This document shows, in pieces, positions 58,084-64,000 of a stretch of DNA of 64,000 nt. The stretch comes from Eutreptiella sp. 'Long Island Sound 2002'. Its lineage: Eukaryota; Protista; Euglenida. Location: positions 25,978,001 to 26,042,000 of the forward strand of contig OZ038378.1 of NCBI GenBank assembly GCA_964036045.1, written 5' to 3'. Within the stretch, counting starts at the first letter, position 1, and each line of letters opens with the position of its first letter. Position numbers and translations under genes: made by a program. The notes under the pieces were generated by a model, which saw nothing but the letters and a program-made list of their open reading frames with translations, was not told the DNA's origin and did no database searches.

Positions 58084-60284
58084 CTTTTTGCCCACAATGA
58101 ACCCCATATGTGTCGTAGGTGCTACTGTGCTGCCCAGTACAGGCCGCCCCATGGGGCCCCCAACAGCTTCAGCAGCAGCAGCATTGCGGATGCTGGCCCT
58201 TGTACGTCTTGGCTCCACACAGTCTGAATCGCTGTCATCCTCGGGTGCACACTCTGGTGCACTGTTGGGGCTGCTGGCATGCTCTCCTTCCGAAACTGAT
58301 TGATTTTGCTCGTTGGTCTGCCCTTCATCTCCGTCAATAGCTGCTTTCTCCTTCTCTTTGACCTGCTCTCCTTCCTTCCCAAATGCCACCATCTGCTCTT
58401 CGCTCAGCGGTGCCTCTCCCTGCTGGTTGCCTTCAGCAGGATGGCCATCCACAGCTGCACAGCTGCCCAATGCCTGGGCGCCACTTCCCGCCCCTGCATC
58501 CAAATCCCCCAGTGCCCCTGCAGCCATATGCTCTGCTGGCTGCTCTGCACTAGCATCCCCTCCTACCACTGCATCCATGCCGGCCCCCACTGTATGCTCT
58601 GCCTCAGCGGTACCCTCATTGGCGGTAACATCCATCTCCTTCTGTGTCCCTACACGTGTGTTCTCTGCTGCAGCCATCCCCTTGGCGTCCTCTGCAGAAG
58701 TATCACCTCTGTCTTCCACTGCTGCTACGTCTGGGGTCTGCAGGATCAGTAAATCTATGCCATCTCCGGATGCCCCCTCCAATGCACCACTGTACTCTTT
58801 CACATCATTGTCTTCGGCAGGATGGCCATCCACAGCTGCACAGCTGTCCAATGCCTGGGCGCCACTTCCCGCCCCTGCATCCAAATCCCCCAGTGCCCCT
58901 GCAGCCATATGCTCTGCTGGCTGCTCTGCACTAGCATCCCCTCCTACCACTGCATCCATGCCGGCCCCCACTGTATGCTCTGCCTCAGCGGTACCCTCAT
59001 TGGCGGTAACATCCATCTCCTTCTGTGTCCCTACACGTGTGTTCTCTGCTGCAGCCATCCCCTTGGCGTCCTCTGCAGAAGTATCACCTCTGTCTTCCAC
59101 TGCTGCTACGTCTGGGGTCTGCAGGATCAGTAAATCTATGCCATCTCCGGATGCCCCCTCCAATGCACCACTGTACTCTTTCACATCATTGTCTTCGGCA
59201 GGATGGCCATCCACAGCTGCACAGCTGTCCAATGCCTGGGCGCCACTTCCCGCCCCTGCATCCAAATCCCCCAGTGCCCCTGCAGCCATATGCTCTGCTG
59301 GCTGCTCTGCACTAGCATCCCCTCCTACCACTGCATCCATGCCGGCCCCCACTGTATGCTCTGCCTCAGCGGTACCCTCATTGGCGGTAACATCCATCTC
59401 CTTCTGTGTCCCTACACGTGTGTTCTCTGCTGCAGCCATCCCCTTGGCGTCCTCTGCAGAAGTATCACCTCTGTCTTCCACTGCTGCTACGTCTGGGGTC
59501 TGCAGGATCAGTAAATCTATGCCATCTCCGGATGCCCCCTCCAATGCACCACTGTACTCTTTCACATCATTGTCTTCGGCAGGATGGCCATCCACAGCTG
59601 CACAGCTGTCCAATGCCTGGGCGCCACTTCCCGCCCCTGCATCCAAATCCCCCAGTGCCCCTGCAGCCATATGCTCTGCTGGCTGCTCTGCACTAGCATC
59701 CCCTCCTACCACTGCATCCATGCCGGCCCCCACTGTATGCTCTGCCTCAGCGGTACCCTCATTGGCGGTAACATCCATCTCCTCCTGTGTCCCTACACGT
59801 GTGTTCTCTGCTGCAGCCATCCCCTTGGCGTCCTCTGCAGAAGCAGCACCTTTGTCTTCTGCTGTGGTCTTCGGCATCAATAAATCCATGCCATCACCGG
59901 ATCCTGCACCTGCATCCTCCACTGATGCAGCACCCTTGTGTTCTTTCACCTCTGCCCCTGTGCCATGCTCTGCTGCAGCAGCTGCGCCATGTTCAGCCAT
60001 CATTGCACTTTCCCTACCTGTGCCTTCCAGACCTTGGCACTCAGGCATTACAGGCTCCTCACCCATATTCTCAGCAGTGCTGTTTACAAGGGGCACAGTG
60101 CACAAGGACCCCAGCACCCCAGATCCTGTCACTGGCTCTTGGCGCTGGCACAGGACCTCCGCTTCAGGTTGGGCCTGTGTAAAAGGTAACTCAGGCTTGG
60201 GCTGGGGCTGGAGCTGAGGCTGCCCTGCGGCAATGTTCAGGGCACTATGGGGTGTGTTGGGCATGAGTACGACGTCTGCCCCAC
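58084..60284 (-). CDS. Large low-complexity acidic Ala/Gly/Glu-rich exon containing 127-aa repeats; gene identity unknown
   Basis: 2.2-kb open frame; acceptor GCTTTCTCAG at 60285 and donor AAG|GTGCAC at 58083. The + strand is also open over much of it, so the strand call rests on splice signals and composition. Confidence 0.55.
58436..59845. repeat. 381-bp tandem repeat, ~3.7 nearly identical copies
   Basis: GCAGGATGGCCATCCACAGCTGCACAGCTG at ~58436, 58817, 59198, 59579; identical shadow ORFs at 58644/59025/59406. Confidence 0.97.
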
Positions 60285-60626
60285 CTGAGAAAGCATGCAC
60301 AGCCGCAAGTGCAGCTCCATTTGGGCTGACTCAGATGTGTGCACAGGTACCACCGAAAGTCCCCCCTCCCTTTGTCATTCTCCCCATGCGCGTGACGGCC
60401 CCCAACGCCCCAGGGGACGGTTGCTGAGTGACGGTCCTCGCCCAAGGGGGCAGTACTTTGAATATTCGCAGTAGCAGCAGACCAAAGACTGAGAAGGTTA
60501 TTGGGTCCTCTGCTCCCAGGATGGTGTGACTGACCATTGGTTCACGCCTCCCAGTGTGCTTGTTCAAGCCCTACCTGGATGCAGACACCCAAAATGGCTT
60601 CCCTGAATCGTCCACCTCAAAGGCAA

Positions 60627-61053
60627 GGGGGGGGGGGGATTGCGGTCAGGGAGGGTCCAATCCAATTGCGAAAAATTGCGGGAAAATTGCGGAAAATTGC
60701 GGGAAAATTGCGGTGTTGTAACCAAACCAAACTGAACCTCCCGAAGCCTCAAGGAGCAACAATTCTGCACCGGAGCCTCAGAATCAGGCTCAGAATGTTG
60801 AAACAGATTGAATCGTCCACAGGTATCAGAATTACGAAGACAAGCAGCCCTCAATATCACCATGAAATTGAAGCATAAAACACTCTTTTTGGAGGCAGGA
60901 AAAACATTCAAGCATATTGTTCTGCAACAGTTGTTCGCAGAGGCAAAGGGCACCAACAAGCACGCAAAGTGGACAGGCCGAAAGCAATTGCAGAAAAATT
61001 GCGGAAAATTGCGGAAAATTGCGGAAAATTTGCAGACCTCAATCCCCCCCCCC
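60627..61053. mobile_element. MITE-like element with G10-ATTG(C/A)GGTC terminal inverted repeats and internal (AAAATTGCGG)n arrays
   Basis: GGGGGGGGGGATTGCGGTC at left, GACCTCAATCCCCCCCCCC at right; arrays at ~60664-60712 and ~60985-61032. Confidence 0.65.
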
Positions 61054-63099
61054 TCTGTCAAAGGTTTGCCCTGTGACCATCTGTAGTGGCATTTCATTAT
61101 TTTGCTTGCTTCACAAACTGCTCATATTTTTGTGGAATTACTTGTTTATGATGTTTTTGTTTAGTCCCCCCCCCGTCCCCCTTGTTATCCCCTTTCCATG
61201 TTGTCCCGCGGGGGGGGGGGGAGATGGGGCCAGAGGGACCATCACCATGGTGACCATGCAACTTCTTGTATTTGTGGGTGTGTGCAGACATTCAAAACAT
61301 GCGGGCCTTTTGAGATGCCCAGGTCGTTCTGTACGCTAACACCTGCGTGAGGGGGGAACAGTCCAGAGGGGGGAGAGGGGGTTGAAAAAATTCATCAACT
61401 TTTTTCTTGTCGCATATTTGAATTCCCCAGAAAATTCTGAGCATTTTGACCACCAATAAGTGGGGATACAATTTCTGTACACAGTCAACACATCATTGAT
61501 GGGCGAAGAAATTGCCGCTCGCCAGCGGCATAGATTTGCAGGTCTGTTAGGGGGGGGGGGGGGTCCCCAGTTAAATATCCCCCATGACTCACACACCCCA
61601 TGACTCACACACAGCAAAAAAGATTGTGATCCAGTACCTCTCGCACCTCTGTCTGAAATGTCGCATCTGTTGGATCTTCTCTGCTGATATTCTCATTTGC
61701 ATCTGTGCCCGAATGCCCATTTGCAGGTTGCTGTTGTTGTAATCACCCAGTCTCAAGCACCCACAGGGGCACAATATGGGAATCTGCCAGGGCCCTGGAA
61801 TTGACCCAAGCACTTCCATGAACATTGTCTCCTCCTATGGACGTGCACCTTTTTGGGCCTTGTTGCAAGATCTAAGCCCAGCCTGCCTGAGTACTGCAGG
61901 GGTTCCTTGCACAAGTCAAAAGCACAAAAGCACTAAAAGGGGGCAAGCGCAATACGCCTGTGTACATGCGAAGGGAGCAGGCTTTTGCTTAAGTACCCCG
62001 GGCGGGGGGGGTTTGGCACACAGACCCGGGGGGGGGGGGGGGGCTTGGGGACCTCAAGGGCTGGAACTGACCCACCCACCCACCCACCCTTCAACCCACC
62101 CACCCACTTCCAATCCCCCCCCCCCCGGTCATATACGTTTGCTCGGTTGGCCCACACGGCCTGTAGCTCGGAGGAAGGTCCCCGCTCTTCGAGACACTTG
62201 GTGGTCCCCTATCCCCCACAAAAAATAGTGGGTCATATCATCCCCTGAACTTGGTCTCTCTGGAAATTGAACCCAGCACCTTCAGTTCTGAAGAACATGC
62301 TGTTAACCATTCAACTACCTTCCTTAGCACACAAATATTGGGCAACAGGTGCCTCATTGGGTGACCACTATATCAAAATTTTCAGTGCCCCTGAGTCCCA
62401 AGGCTCGCACACCCAGCACCCAAGAAAATCACACCCCCACCCCGGCAGGGGGGGGGTCCATGCCTCCCAAAAACCACTGAACAAGGCCTTTGACCCACCC
62501 ACCCACCCCCCACCTGGGGTAGGGTGTCCAACACACTAAGCAAAAGCCTGGAAGGGAGTCTCATTGTAATGAGGGAACTCGGCATGCGTTCGTACAGGAG
62601 GAGGTGGGGATAGGCGGCTGTGCAGAGCCGTGGGTGTCAAGGGTGTAAGTTCCAGGGCCTTTGCTGCATGGCAAGGTCATCACAGACCACCCCCACAAAT
62701 CTCAATAAATGCGCCTTACACTGGAAGCTCAGGCATCCAACTCGTACCTGAGCCTCCAATATCTTGCACGACATGGCTTGGCAGGCAATTCCTCAATCCC
62801 AAATGCAAATCCAAGCCACCAAGGTGCTCTGGAACCTCATAGGCACCCAGGTAGCCAGCATGGCACCAAGGGGTGGTGGTGTGGTGCGCTCATTGTGCAA
62901 GTCACCCAAAAACCACCAAGACTGACAGTACTCGTTAGTGATCCTGTACGTCTGATCATTCTGCTGTCTACTGTATGTAGGCGTTCCATCTACAGACCAT
63001 GTTGCATCCATCTCCCATCCATCTCCCATATCTAAGCCCAGCCCAGCCCATCAAGAGACTTGCTCTGTAGAATAACCAACCTACCTAACCAGCTTACCA

Positions 63100-63938
63100 C
63101 TCACTTCTGAGCCCACAACCAGCACCAAACAGCACATACTGCACACAACAGCAGTGGGCACCATGGAGGTGCCGTGTGTGGCCACTTCAGCGGTCGCACA
63201 GGAGGACTCGTCGGAGGCTTTGGCTTGAAGACCCACATCATTGGGCTCATGGTTCAGCATTGTGAGGCTTGTTTCCTTGTTGACAGTGCTCGTGACTGCT
63301 GCTAGGGTAGGGGCGTTGTGGTCACCACCAGAAGTGTTTGCACAAGTTGTATGTGCAGTGGTGGAGCTGCTGGCAGTGGTGCTGTCCAGTGCTGGGTTCA
63401 GGGTAGCATCCAGGATGACACCATGCGTCGCACTCTGCGGGGCACTTTCAACGTCCGTACCAGGGGCGTTGACAAGTGCAGGTGTGGGCGCAGGAACACT
63501 GCCAGGGAACATGGTTGGCACCCCTGTAGGGGCGTCCACAACTGCATGCGCGGAATCAGCCACCGCACGACATGTTACTGCTGCGGCAGGTCCATCGAGC
63601 ACATTTGCAGAGGTTGGCAAGGCGCTGCTAGGGACGAGATCCGTCGGCATGCCAACCGCATCTGCGCCTGGGGTTGCTCCAGTAATGGGGTTCGTGGAGG
63701 GAGTGGTGGACAGGAAGTCAGGAGTACCTGAACCAGCGGGATTGGGTGTGACTTTTGGGTGGTCCGCTCGTGTGCCCTCAGTATGCGGGAAGGAACCTGC
63801 ACCAATGACAGAAAGTGTGATGGGTTTAGCTGAGGGGGTGCCGTCCGAACTGGCATCCAGATGCTGGACAATAGGCGAAACGCCAAGGATCGGTGGCTTA
63901 AATGTGTCAATTGGAGATACACTGTGCAGCGCCTCCAT
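63100..63938 (-). CDS. Probable low-complexity (Thr/Ala/Pro/Ser) exon, likely the same transcript as 58084-60284
   Basis: 285-codon open frame; donor-like GTGAGT and GTAAGC near its 3' end; the phase-1 GTAAGC donor is compatible with the phase-1 acceptor at 60284. Confidence 0.45.
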
Positions 63939-64000
63939 TGCGGATGCAGGTCTTACCTGCGGCGCTGCATTGGCTGAGGGACATAGGCAGGGGCTGGATG

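Noticed and set aside
58313-60217. 634-aa plus-strand Ser/Ala-rich ORF as a gene
   Set aside because: Antisense of the repeat exon; splice signals and neighbouring exons favour the minus strand (not fully excluded).
1-64000. rRNA, tRNA, spliced-leader RNA gene or telomeric arrays
   Set aside because: No recognisable signatures by eye; a covariance-model search would be needed to exclude small RNAs.

Overview
Repeat-rich eukaryotic genomic DNA (~50% GC, many poly-G/poly-C tracts), probably from a protist with a large genome. The gag-YR-RT/RH retroelement order is known from Euglenozoa, but that assignment is inference. Host genes, both on the minus strand: (1) a cyclase-associated protein (CAP/Srv2) at 15480-17945 with three tandem N-terminal helical folded domains, two nearly identical; (2) a multi-exon ATP-grasp-domain gene reconstructed by hand from GT-AG exons between 26200 and ~54700, possibly extending to the low-complexity exons at 58.1-64 kb (one carries a 381-bp x3.7 coding tandem repeat). 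Its ~14.9-kb intron holds a decayed DNA-transposon-like element with an unclassified DDE-like ORF and ~22 copies of the palindrome TGTCAGGATCCTGACA. An intact VIPER/TATE-type tyrosine-recombinase retrotransposon with split direct repeats (39679-44750) is inserted into that element. The rest is decayed TEs (PIF/Harbinger-ISL2EU-like with a fused PHD-like finger, MULE-like, LINE endonuclease and RNase H relics), MITE-like elements, minisatellites and an orphan WD40 fragment. No rRNA, tRNA or CRISPR was recognised. All homology calls are by-eye motif recognition; no searches were run.
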